The translations under genes and the position numbers were made by a program. This document shows positions 18,800 to 27,057 of a stretch of 64,000 nucleotides of DNA, in pieces. This DNA comes from a virus, in IMG/VR virus record IMGVR_UViG_3300046522_000252, positions 2,984-66,983 of that record; one strand, written 5' to 3'. The stretch's first letter is position 1. The number at the start of each line of letters is the position of its first letter. A model generated the notes under the pieces. It was not told the DNA's origin, made no database searches, and saw nothing but the letters and a program-made list of their open reading frames with translations.

Positions 18800-19076
18800 T
18801 CCATCCACGGGAGGCGTGACCGCCGCGCCTCCCGCCGGGAGTAAAAATTTTACCCGGCAAAACTCCCTCCTCAATCACATTTTGCAATTTTTTCTTACTA
18901 GCCACTTGTGCTCCTCAGCAATCTTTGCTTTCATGTGGGCCTCACCACCGCTTTTCGAAGTCCCGGACAGATCGACCAGGCATTCAAGCGGAAGTGGGTT
19001 TTCGGACGCCTGAACGCTGAACCGAAGGGCTGACCGGCGTGAATCGCCGGTCAGCTCAAGTAGGAGGCTATGGCAA

Positions 19077-19298
19077 ATGACTGGCTTTGTGTTCGCCATG
19101 GCGCCGTGCCTCGGCTGCAACCGGATTTTCAGTTTTAACCCGGCGTTGGTTCCTTCGCTGATGTTCGACGGGGAACGCAAGCCGCTATGCGAGAAGTGTT
19201 TCGCATACCTCAACCGGAGGCGCACAGCGCTTCACTTGCCGGTGTTTGTCGCCCCACCAGGCGCCTATCAGCCGATGCCAGAGGAGGAATTGCCGTGA
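19077..19298 (+). CDS. Small Zn-finger protein
   Basis: CLGC...CEKC; AGGAGG RBS. Confidence 0.65.
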   Translation: MTGFVFAMAPCLGCNRIFSFNPALVPSLMFDGERKPLCEKCFAYLNRRRTALHLPVFVAPPGAYQPMPEEELP

Positions 19299-19807
19299 GA
19301 CAGGAAACGGTGCTTGGCGTGAAGCTCGCTGAAAAAGGCTTTGTGCCGCGCAACATCAAATTCCAGATCGCGATTGCGCGATATCAGAATAGCGGCGGCG
19401 AGTACGGCGTGGCGCTTGCCATGTTGAACGCCGCTTTTGGACGGGGAAGCGAAGGCCAGAAGCCGGAAGCTGCCGACAAGGCCGGGAACCGTGAGCCCGA
19501 CGCTGCGGCACGCAAGATGCCAGGCCATGCCAGGCGCGGTGCCGCCGCAATCGGCGCGGTGCAGGGCACGATGCAAAAATCCTTGTTCGACTCCACGATC
19601 TTGCCCGATGGCCGCACGTTGCGCGAGGTCAAATGGAGCGAATGCCCGCGCCTTTCGCGTCGCTATCGCTACCTCTCCCGCGTGCTGATGGCGATCCACA
19701 ACGTCGGCATTCCCGCCGATCCCAACGACACAATCGACAACCTCGTCAATGAGGACGGGTTGAAGGAAATCATCTCAGCGGTGGAGCGGTTCAATGACAT
19801 TCACTGA
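19295..19807 (+). CDS. Hypothetical protein upstream of the Tas-like gene; contains a degenerate array unit and a spacer match
   Basis: GTG start after GAGGAGG; overlaps the Tas-like ORF start. Confidence 0.65.
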   Translation: MRQETVLGVKLAEKGFVPRNIKFQIAIARYQNSGGEYGVALAMLNAAFGRGSEGQKPEAADKAGNREPDAAARKMPGHARRGAAAIGAVQGTMQKSLFDSTILPDGRTLREVKWSECPRLSRRYRYLSRVLMAIHNVGIPADPNDTIDNLVNEDGLKEIISAVERFNDIH

Positions 19808-21392
19808 TCGAAAGAATGATGGCGAAACGGGCCACGACATCAACGCCGATAAGTCCAGTCTGGAATTGCCCGCCTCGCCATCGCCGAAAGACGGGAAGGG
19901 TCCGCTTGCTTTTGCCGACAAGGCCAATGGAGAAATGCCCAACCCGTCCCCCAATGGCGAAACGGTCCATCGAGTGAATGCCGCCGAAACGGCTGCAATC
20001 GGCTTGACTGTTTCGCCGCCGAAAGACGGAAAAGGTCGCCCCGCGCTTGCCGATAAGGCCAAGGTTTCGGTGCCTGATCCGTCCCCCAAAGATGACGCGG
20101 CGGGCCACCCCGACTCTGCCGCTGAGGCCGTTGCAAGTGTGCCCGCCGCGTCATCGCCGAAAGATGAGTTGGGCCATTCAGAGCGTGCCGAAGAGGCCGC
20201 AGACCCGATGCCCGACCCATCGCCGAATGATGGCGCGGCTGGCCGGAAAGCAAATGCAACATCCAGTGAAATGTTGCCCGCCGCGTCATCAGCTATGATC
20301 GACCATCTGGCCGAGCTTCAGGTCCGCCGAAAATTCTATATCGGCGTCGTCAATCGGCAGACGAATGCGGCCAAAGCCCTTGTCCGCCGCGCGCTGGGCT
20401 GGCGCTATGATGCCGAGGACGCCGGGCGGGAAAAGCTGAACGCCCGCGCCGCGCGGATCGTGGCCGCTGCTTTGGCCGGGAAAGAGCAAAAGGCCGAGGA
20501 TGCGGCAGCATTCGGCGCGCTGGCGTTCGATCTGGCGACCATCGCGGCGGCCATCGAGCCTTGCACGACCGCCCGGCATGAAATCGAACTGGAAATGAAG
20601 CGCACCGCCCGCAAGCTGCCGGTGTGGTTCGCGTGGGCGAAGGACGTTAAAGGGCTAGGGGAACTTGGCCTCGCGGCCATCATCGCCGAGGCTGGCGATC
20701 TTTCCGGCTACCCCAAGAAGGGCCACCTCTGGAAACGCCTCGGCCTCGCACCGCTCGACGGCAAAGCCTTTTCGACGTGGCGGATGAAAGGTGGGCTGAC
20801 CGCCGAACAATGGACAGACGCCGGTTATTCGCCGCGCCGCCGGGCTGAAATCTATGCGGTGATTTCGGAACCGCTATTCCGCGCGCAATCGGTCGCCAGT
20901 GGATCATACCGCGCGATCTATGATCGCCGCCGGGAGCATACCGCCGAGACGCACCCGGACTGGACCAAAGCGCACAGCCACATGGACGGGCTGCGGATCA
21001 TGACGAAATATTTAATTCGCGACCTTTGGGCCGCGTGGCGGGCCTTGCATGCCGTGCCTATTCAGGCCGCTTCACTCGTGCCCGCCAACCTATCCGAGAA
21101 TCGCCGGGAGGCCAAAATCTGTCACCCTGAAAGGGTCGGAGGACGCGTGCCGACCGGCGAACCGAACGAGCGGGAGGCCGGGCAGGTTCCGCCTGAAAAG
21201 GCCGGAGTTTTTGTGCCGACCGCTCACCCCAACCGCCGCCGGGAGGCTAACGGACGGATATCTGAAACGGCCGAAAAAAAATTGCCGACCGGCGGCGGCG
21301 CGGAGGCTATCCCAGTCATGCCCGAAAAAGGCCAAAAGACGGGTGCCTCCGCGCCATCATCCGCCACCCAAGATCAAAGAGGTGAACTATGA
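19794..21392 (+). CDS. TasA-like protein (coiled coil + IS110/Nop-type RNA-binding domain, no nuclease domain) with array-encoded low-complexity termini
   Basis: Core about 20295-21040: KGLGELGLAAIIAEAGDLSGYPKKGHLWKRLGLAP...YRAIYDRRR...AHSHMDGLRIMTKYLIRDLWAAWR; no DEDD RuvC or HNH seen; flanked by dual-spacer arrays. Confidence 0.8.
   Translation: MTFTDRKNDGETGHDINADKSSLELPASPSPKDGKGPLAFADKANGEMPNPSPNGETVHRVNAAETAAIGLTVSPPKDGKGRPALADKAKVSVPDPSPKDDAAGHPDSAAEAVASVPAASSPKDELGHSERAEEAADPMPDPSPNDGAAGRKANATSSEMLPAASSAMIDHLAELQVRRKFYIGVVNRQTNAAKALVRRALGWRYDAEDAGREKLNARAARIVAAALAGKEQKAEDAAAFGALAFDLATIAAAIEPCTTARHEIELEMKRTARKLPVWFAWAKDVKGLGELGLAAIIAEAGDLSGYPKKGHLWKRLGLAPLDGKAFSTWRMKGGLTAEQWTDAGYSPRRRAEIYAVISEPLFRAQSVASGSYRAIYDRRREHTAETHPDWTKAHSHMDGLRIMTKYLIRDLWAAWRALHAVPIQAASLVPANLSENRREAKICHPERVGGRVPTGEPNEREAGQVPPEKAGVFVPTAHPNRRREANGRISETAEKKLPTGGGAEAIPVMPEKGQKTGASAPSSATQDQRGEL
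19818..20290 (+). ncRNA. TIGR-like stem-loop guide-RNA array, 7 units
   Basis: Unit: stem-GGCC(A/G)-N9-TGCC..GGCC(A/G)-N9-TGCC-stem; spacer A starts at 19835, 19904, 19970, 20039, 20108, 20177, 20246. Confidence 0.85.
21036..21355 (+). ncRNA. TIGR-like stem-loop guide-RNA array, 5 units
   Basis: Same architecture; spacer A starts at 21046, 21115, 21181, 21250, 21310. Confidence 0.8.
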
Positions 21393-22393
21393 CCATCGTC
21401 GACCCTTGGGAAAACTGGCGGGCCGCATTGGAAAACCCGCGCAAGATTGGCAGCGGGAAACTCGTTGTTCATCCGGGCGGCACGCCGTGGACTGGATTTT
21501 TCCGGGTCCGCAAAAAGGATGGCGACTGGGAACCCGTGCAGTTCTGGCAGGACGATCTAGGCTTGTGGTACGCGACGCGCTCCGGCAAGCCGGTCGATCC
21601 TGACCGCATCCCTGATCTGTTTCTATGGGCGGTGCGCCAGCCGATCAGCGAATTGGCCTTCGACCGCGCCACGGCGGGCAACGGTTGGGCCGACGAACCG
21701 GAGCGGACGCCGGGCATCGGCGACAATTCCGGCGAGGCCGACCCCTTCGACGCTCTGAATATTGAGTGGCTGGGCGAGAAGGAGCTGGTCGAAGGCTTCC
21801 TCAAAATCCCGATCACCTCGAAGGACGAAGCTGACCGCGCAGCCATTTGGGCGACGCGCCTCAACGGCATTGCCAAGAGGGCGGACAAGCTCCACGGCGA
21901 CGAAAAGGCGCCGGTCCTCGTCGCAGGGCGGCGCGTCGACTCCAAGTGGCGGGAGCTGCGCGAGCAGCCGAGCGGAATGGCAATCCTTCTGAAACGGCAT
22001 CAGGACAAATGGTTGCGGGAGCAAGAGAGGCTGGAGCGTGAGCGCGTTGCCGCCGCCGCCGTGGAGGCTGAGCGCTTGCGGATCGAAGCCGAGGAGGCCG
22101 CCGCCAAGGCGCGGACGCCGGACGACGTGGCGGAGGCTGGCGCCAAGGTTGCCGCCGCCCAGGAAGCCGAGCGCGAAGCAACATATCAGCGCCCGCAAGC
22201 CGGGCGAACCGGCGCCAAGACATCGCTCCGCACGTTCCGAACCGGGAAGATTGTCGACTTCGATACTTTCCTGATGGCGGCCAAAGATCATGACGAGATC
22301 AGGGAGGCGGCACAGACCACCGCCAACCGCCTCGCGCGGGCCAAGGTCACGCTGGCGGGGATGGAAATCGTCGAGGAACAACGGACGGTTTGA
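21389..22393 (+). CDS. Coiled-coil phage protein preceding the recombinase
   Basis: 334 aa, AGAGGT RBS, ATGA overlap. Confidence 0.65.
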   Translation: MTIVDPWENWRAALENPRKIGSGKLVVHPGGTPWTGFFRVRKKDGDWEPVQFWQDDLGLWYATRSGKPVDPDRIPDLFLWAVRQPISELAFDRATAGNGWADEPERTPGIGDNSGEADPFDALNIEWLGEKELVEGFLKIPITSKDEADRAAIWATRLNGIAKRADKLHGDEKAPVLVAGRRVDSKWRELREQPSGMAILLKRHQDKWLREQERLERERVAAAAVEAERLRIEAEEAAAKARTPDDVAEAGAKVAAAQEAEREATYQRPQAGRTGAKTSLRTFRTGKIVDFDTFLMAAKDHDEIREAAQTTANRLARAKVTLAGMEIVEEQRTV

Positions 22394-22404
22394 AAGGCAC
22401 GGAT

Positions 22405-23352
22405 ATGAACCAGGCAGTCGCAAGAACCGTAACCCAGGAACAGCCGCCGCGTTCGGTCCTCCACGACATGGCAAGTCGCTTCGGCATGGAGCCAGGCCCG
22501 TTCGAGCTGACCGTTCGCGCGCAGTGCTCTCCGGCACCGAAGAAAGGTGAGAGTTTTCGACCTCTCAGCAAAGAGGAATTCGCCGCCTTCCTACTGGTGG
22601 CGCGTCAGTATGATCTCAATCCGATCACCCGCGAGATTTTCGCCTATCCGAAGCGCGGCGGCGGCGTTGTTCCCATCGTCTCGATTGACGGCTGGGTTAA
22701 CCTCGTCAACTCACACCCGGCCTGCGATGGCTTCGAATTCGATTGGGTCGAGGATGAAAAAGGTCGGCCGATCTCTTGCACCTGCATTATGCACCGCAAG
22801 GATCGCAGCCACCCGACATCCGTCACCGAGTATCTTTCCGAATGCTGGCGCGACACGGACCCGTGGAAAATGCCCCACCGGATGCTCCGTCACAAGGCGC
22901 TGATCCAGTGCGCCCGCTATGCGTTCGGCTTCGCCGGTATCTTTGATGAGGATGAAGGCCAGCGGATTATCGCCGCTACCGCTCTGGAGGCCGCCCCGGC
23001 GCCGAGACCTCCCCGGCCGGGACCGGCGCCCGTCTTCGATCAGGAAGACGCTGAGAGGCCACAGGAAGGCCAGGGAATGGTCATCGATCACGAAGCGGAG
23101 CCGGTTAGCGGCGACGAGGCGGATGATGCCGCGAGCGGCGGCGGTGGCGTTGACGCTCTTGATCTCGACGCCCTGGCCTACTTCGACGAGCTGCGCGACC
23201 GTCTGGCCGAAGCGCCGGACCTGGAAACCGTCGAAGAGGTCTGGACGAACCTTGACCCGATGGCGCGCTTCGAAGGCGACGATGGCGGCCAAGACCTTTG
23301 CCTGAACATCAAAGACCGGCGCGTCAAACAGCTTGAGGAGAAAAGCAAATGA
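22405..23352 (+). CDS. bet: Bet/RecT-family single-strand annealing protein
   Basis: FAAFLLVARQYDLNPITREIFAYP...IVSIDGW...HRMLRHKALIQCARYAFGFAGI. Confidence 0.9.
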   Translation: MNQAVARTVTQEQPPRSVLHDMASRFGMEPGPFELTVRAQCSPAPKKGESFRPLSKEEFAAFLLVARQYDLNPITREIFAYPKRGGGVVPIVSIDGWVNLVNSHPACDGFEFDWVEDEKGRPISCTCIMHRKDRSHPTSVTEYLSECWRDTDPWKMPHRMLRHKALIQCARYAFGFAGIFDEDEGQRIIAATALEAAPAPRPPRPGPAPVFDQEDAERPQEGQGMVIDHEAEPVSGDEADDAASGGGGVDALDLDALAYFDELRDRLAEAPDLETVEEVWTNLDPMARFEGDDGGQDLCLNIKDRRVKQLEEKSK

Positions 23353-23621
23353 AAAACCCGGCGGTTGTTCGATTAGAGCGGCGATTGGGATCGCTGCTAG
23401 AGGAGGAGCTGAGTCTATGCGCGACCGCGCTTGAGCAGCAAGTGCTTATCGAATTGGCGATCAAGATGTCCATTGGCGCCTGGACTATCCGCTATCGTCA
23501 GGAGTCGCCGGAGCTGAAAGAGAAGTGCCTCACGGCTCTTGAGGGCTTTACCGGCTTTGTCGTGGACACATACCGCACGGCGCTGTTTCACCCTGAAAAC
23601 ACGAAAGGATCACGCCAATGA
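23349..23621 (+). CDS. Hypothetical protein
   Basis: Coupled ORF. Confidence 0.55.
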   Translation: MKNPAVVRLERRLGSLLEEELSLCATALEQQVLIELAIKMSIGAWTIRYRQESPELKEKCLTALEGFTGFVVDTYRTALFHPENTKGSRQ

Positions 23622-23947
23622 AACCGATTTTCGACAACTCCAGCCTGATCGATTGGTTGTCCGGGAAGCACCGTGACGAGCGCTATGACTACCTCGACGG
23701 TCACGTCTGCCTGCTAGCGCAATATCTGAACTATCGCGGATTCAAGGGCGCCGTCGTCGATGCTGAAGTGGCAATCCTACCGGATCGAATGGCACCCTAT
23801 GCCCTGCCGCGCACTTGGAATGAGATTGCACGGGCGAGGCCGTGGACGTTCGGCGCCGCGCTTGATCGCGCTCGGGAGGCGTTGACGCCAGCAAAGCTGA
23901 CGGGCCGTAACGCCGTGCTGGTGTTGACCGATGGAGTCGACCGATGA
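23618..23947 (+). CDS. Hypothetical protein
   Basis: Coupled ORF. Confidence 0.6.
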   Translation: MKPIFDNSSLIDWLSGKHRDERYDYLDGHVCLLAQYLNYRGFKGAVVDAEVAILPDRMAPYALPRTWNEIARARPWTFGAALDRAREALTPAKLTGRNAVLVLTDGVDR

Positions 23948-24588
23948 GTAACCGCCCTCTCAACAACATGACCGCGCGCATTGATCGCCTTCCGCGAGAT
24001 GCGCGCGGCTACCCGGTTCCCAAGTTTGTTCACTGGAAAGACGGTGTGCCGGATTTCCGCATTATCGATCCGTACCACATGGACAAGTGCATCAAGCGCG
24101 ATGCCTGCTGGATTTGCGGCGATACGATGGGAACGCACAAGGCTTTCGTCATCGGTCCGATGTGCTGCATTAACCGGATATCGGCGGAGCCGCCAAGCCA
24201 CCGCGACTGCGCAATCTTCGCGGCGACGAACTGCCCTTTCCTGACGACGCCAGCGGCCAAGCGCAACGAACGCGACTTGCCGGACACCAGGTTTGTTGCC
24301 GGGAAGATGATCGAACGAAACCCCGGCGTCACGGCGCTCTGGATGACGCGCTCGTATCAGCTCATGCACGTCAAGCGCGGTGTCCTTTTTATCATCGGCG
24401 ACCCGGACTCGGTTGATTTCTATGCACGGGGTAGGACGGCCACGCGCGCTGAGATCGAAACGTCGGTGACATCCGGCTATCCGCTCCTGATGGAAGAGGC
24501 AAAGCGCGAAGGCCGGGATGCAATCGACGAACTGGCGCGGTTGCGGCGGCGCTTTGACAATCTTCTCGATGAGGCGGTGCCATCATGA
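23944..24588 (+). CDS. Cys/His-rich phage protein
   Basis: RGYPVP...CWICG...EPPSHRDC...CPFL. Confidence 0.7.
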   Translation: MSNRPLNNMTARIDRLPRDARGYPVPKFVHWKDGVPDFRIIDPYHMDKCIKRDACWICGDTMGTHKAFVIGPMCCINRISAEPPSHRDCAIFAATNCPFLTTPAAKRNERDLPDTRFVAGKMIERNPGVTALWMTRSYQLMHVKRGVLFIIGDPDSVDFYARGRTATRAEIETSVTSGYPLLMEEAKREGRDAIDELARLRRRFDNLLDEAVPS

Positions 24589-25406
24589 AGCATGAACTCC
24601 CTCCATTCCATATGACCGTTGGCACGGGCAAGCTCACGCCCGCCGATCCCTACACGGCGGAACGGCTGGACAGCTACCGCAATGGAACCGTCATGCTGTT
24701 TCAGCCGGTGGTCGACTCGCAAAGTTGGAAGCGCAAAAAATACTGGGCGATCTTGAACCGCGTCGTCGCCGATTGCCGAACCCCGTGGAAAAATTCGGCG
24801 GAGGCCAGCCAAGCGCTGAAACTCGCCCTCGGCATCGTCGACCAGGGCCTTACGATCAGCGGCGCCGTGGTGCGTTATCCGAAAAGCCTCAACGATCTCC
24901 AGGAACCGGATTTCGAGACGTTCTTCGAAGGCGCGATGTTACTGCTTTACCGCGTGACCGGCGTCGATCCCGAAACGCTCTGGAAAGAATCAGCCGGATC
25001 AGGCAAGGATCAAAAATCGTCGACCTCTTCCCCACGCTCAGAGGTCGACGAAGGCAGCGGTGACGAACTCCCCCGTACTGTCGCCGCTGCCGCCCCCAAT
25101 GAGACGGTGCCCGTCGCGTCAGCCGCTCAGCAGATTGCCGATAGGCCCGGCGGGTCCAATCCTCCGCCCGGACACCTCAACGACCTGAAAGCCGAGGCGA
25201 TCACCAAAATCCTGCAATATGCGACCGACCCGAACGTGTCGGCGGAGGCGTTGCTCGACAATCTTCTCGGCGTGCAAACCGGTTGGCTTGTCCACATGCC
25301 GAATAATTCGGCCTTCATCAAAACATGCTGCGAGACCGCCGCGAAGGTGATCCGGGGCGAGATCACACCCGACGCGGCGAGGAAATACCTGCTTTCGCTC
25401 AGTTAA
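24585..25406 (+). CDS. Hypothetical protein
   Basis: 273 aa coupled ORF. Confidence 0.6.
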   Translation: MKHELPPFHMTVGTGKLTPADPYTAERLDSYRNGTVMLFQPVVDSQSWKRKKYWAILNRVVADCRTPWKNSAEASQALKLALGIVDQGLTISGAVVRYPKSLNDLQEPDFETFFEGAMLLLYRVTGVDPETLWKESAGSGKDQKSSTSSPRSEVDEGSGDELPRTVAAAAPNETVPVASAAQQIADRPGGSNPPPGHLNDLKAEAITKILQYATDPNVSAEALLDNLLGVQTGWLVHMPNNSAFIKTCCETAAKVIRGEITPDAARKYLLSLS

Positions 25407-25417
25407 TGGAAGGGAGA

Positions 25418-25666
25418 ATGGTGATGACACAAGGTGCAGTAGAAGACCTATGGGAAAGCTACGTCGCCAAGGTCTATGAGGGCCCGCTTGAGGGCAGACA
25501 ATTGCTTGAGGTCCGGCGCGCATTTTATGCGGGCTGTTTCGGTCTCAAGGCGCTCCTGGACCGGCTTGCTTTGGCGTCCGACGCGGACAAGGCGGAGGTC
25601 CTGACAATCATGCTCGATAACGAATTGTTGGACTTTGCCGATGAAGTATTGGCGGGCCGGAAGTAA
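25418..25666 (+). CDS. Hypothetical protein
   Basis: RRAFYAG motif; purine-rich RBS. Confidence 0.6.
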   Translation: MVMTQGAVEDLWESYVAKVYEGPLEGRQLLEVRRAFYAGCFGLKALLDRLALASDADKAEVLTIMLDNELLDFADEVLAGRK

Positions 25667-25684
25667 ACAAAGGATGGGGAAGAA

Positions 25685-26149
25685 ATGACGAAGCGTGAGA
25701 AAACATCAGCCGAGGTGCTTGAGGCGGTCAGCGCCATTATCGATCAAATCAAACCGCACCTGTCCGGTCAGCACCCGGAAATTCAGGGCGCCGTGCTCGC
25801 CGATCTGATGGCAACGTGGCTGGCCGGGCACCCGCCGTTCATCCGTGAGTCCTTGCTCATGATGCACATGAACATGGTGCGCGAGCTGACCGTCGCCAAC
25901 GAAAATATTATGTTCGGCAAGGATGGCCATCCGCAGCAAGAGCAACCGGACTTCGATTATTTTGAGTGCCCGGAATGCGGTTTCGATTGCATCCAGCCCG
26001 CCGCGTTTGATGGTGACGAAACCTGCCCGCTTTGCGCCGGAGATAGCGGCCATGATGTGCAGATGCACCGGCGGACGGCGATAACCACTGACAAGCCCGA
26101 GGGCATCGACGCCCGCAAGATGAAGGCGGCCCCGCCGGACGTCCAATGA
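25685..26149 (+). CDS. Hypothetical protein with C-terminal Zn ribbon
   Basis: CPEC...CPLC. Confidence 0.6.
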   Translation: MTKREKTSAEVLEAVSAIIDQIKPHLSGQHPEIQGAVLADLMATWLAGHPPFIRESLLMMHMNMVRELTVANENIMFGKDGHPQQEQPDFDYFECPECGFDCIQPAAFDGDETCPLCAGDSGHDVQMHRRTAITTDKPEGIDARKMKAAPPDVQ

Positions 26150-26367
26150 CGGATACGGTCCCCAACATCCCGACCGACCGCCTTGAGGCGGTATGCAAGA
26201 TGGGAGGCGGCGCCGAATGTTGCCGCTTCATTGTCGCCGGGCGCGAAGGCATCGGCTGCGCCAAGCACGAGCCCGAGCTGGCGTCTCAAATCAACTGGCG
26301 CGTCGCCTTCGGAGCGTTCGTCGCCGTGGGTGATAATTGCGAGGGGCTGCGACATGACGAAGCATAG
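26146..26367 (+). CDS. Small Cys-rich protein
   Basis: Coupled ORF. Confidence 0.55.
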   Translation: MTDTVPNIPTDRLEAVCKMGGGAECCRFIVAGREGIGCAKHEPELASQINWRVAFGAFVAVGDNCEGLRHDEA

Positions 26368-26620
26368 CCACCCCCTCGGCCTGACGGCCTACGAATGGAG
26401 CGTCATCGTTGATTGCCTCAACGCTTACAAGCGCGTCCCGAATGGCCATTTCCTGCCAGCCTTCGCGAAATTCGCGGCGGCCCGGCGGATGGCCGAGCAA
26501 GGCTATCTGACCCTCGTCGACGAGTTGCAGCCCGGCGGGTGGCCCGTCGTCAAGATCACGGAAAAGAACATCGAGTTTTATAATTCCCAACTGCAGAAGG
26601 TCATGGAGGTGGCGAGATGA
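26354..26620 (+). CDS. Hypothetical protein
   Basis: GAGG RBS, MTKHSHP... Confidence 0.55.
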   Translation: MTKHSHPLGLTAYEWSVIVDCLNAYKRVPNGHFLPAFAKFAAARRMAEQGYLTLVDELQPGGWPVVKITEKNIEFYNSQLQKVMEVAR

Positions 26621-26748
26621 CGCTTAGACCCGATCCCCTCTCCTATCCGCCGCGTGGCCTCAGCCGCGACGATGCCGCGCGCTACGTCGGTGCAGGGCGG
26701 CACTTATTCGATGAGATGGTGGCAGAGCCAGAGGAGACGCTCAAATGA
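26617..26748 (+). pseudogene. Truncated excisionase/AlpA-like paralog (43 aa)
   Basis: PPRGLSRDDAARYVGAGRHLFDEMV then early stop; homologous to the next gene. Confidence 0.6.
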
Positions 26749-26990
26749 AATCCATCTTAGATTTTGGCTGGCCTCGCGGCTTATCCCGCGAGCAAGCCGC
26801 GTCCTATATCGGCGTCGGCACCACCAAGTTTGACGACATGGTCGCCGCGCATGAAATGCCAGATGCGCGGGTCATGGGCGGCCGGGTCGTTTGGGACCGG
26901 GCCGAACTGGATAGCGCCTTTTGCAATCTGCCGCACCGCGCCGAAAAGACGAAAGCGCAAATAGCCCTTGAAAAGTTTGAGCGCAGTTAG
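26745..26990 (+). CDS. AlpA/excisionase-like HTH protein
   Basis: PRGLSREQAASYIGVGTTKFDDMV...RVVWDRAELD; upstream of the integrase. Confidence 0.8.
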   Translation: MKSILDFGWPRGLSREQAASYIGVGTTKFDDMVAAHEMPDARVMGGRVVWDRAELDSAFCNLPHRAEKTKAQIALEKFERS

Positions 26991-27057
26991 TGCGCATATT
27001 GCGGCCTGCGCATTTTGCGTCTATAAACCATCCTGCACTGAAAAAGGAGTTTTACAG

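Noticed and set aside
19818-21355. CRISPR array
   Set aside because: No identical 25-40 bp repeats with ~30 nt spacers and no cas genes; the variable segments are paired 9-mers
19794-21392. IS110 insertion sequence or bridge-RNA recombinase
   Set aside because: No N-terminal DEDD RuvC domain, no element ends, and the gene is translationally coupled into the operon; the dual 9-nt spacer arrays fit a Tas-like system better
21742-21759. Unit-6 self-target (12-nt contiguous match, 13/18)
   Set aside because: A match of this length is expected by chance given 12 units and both strands of 64 kb
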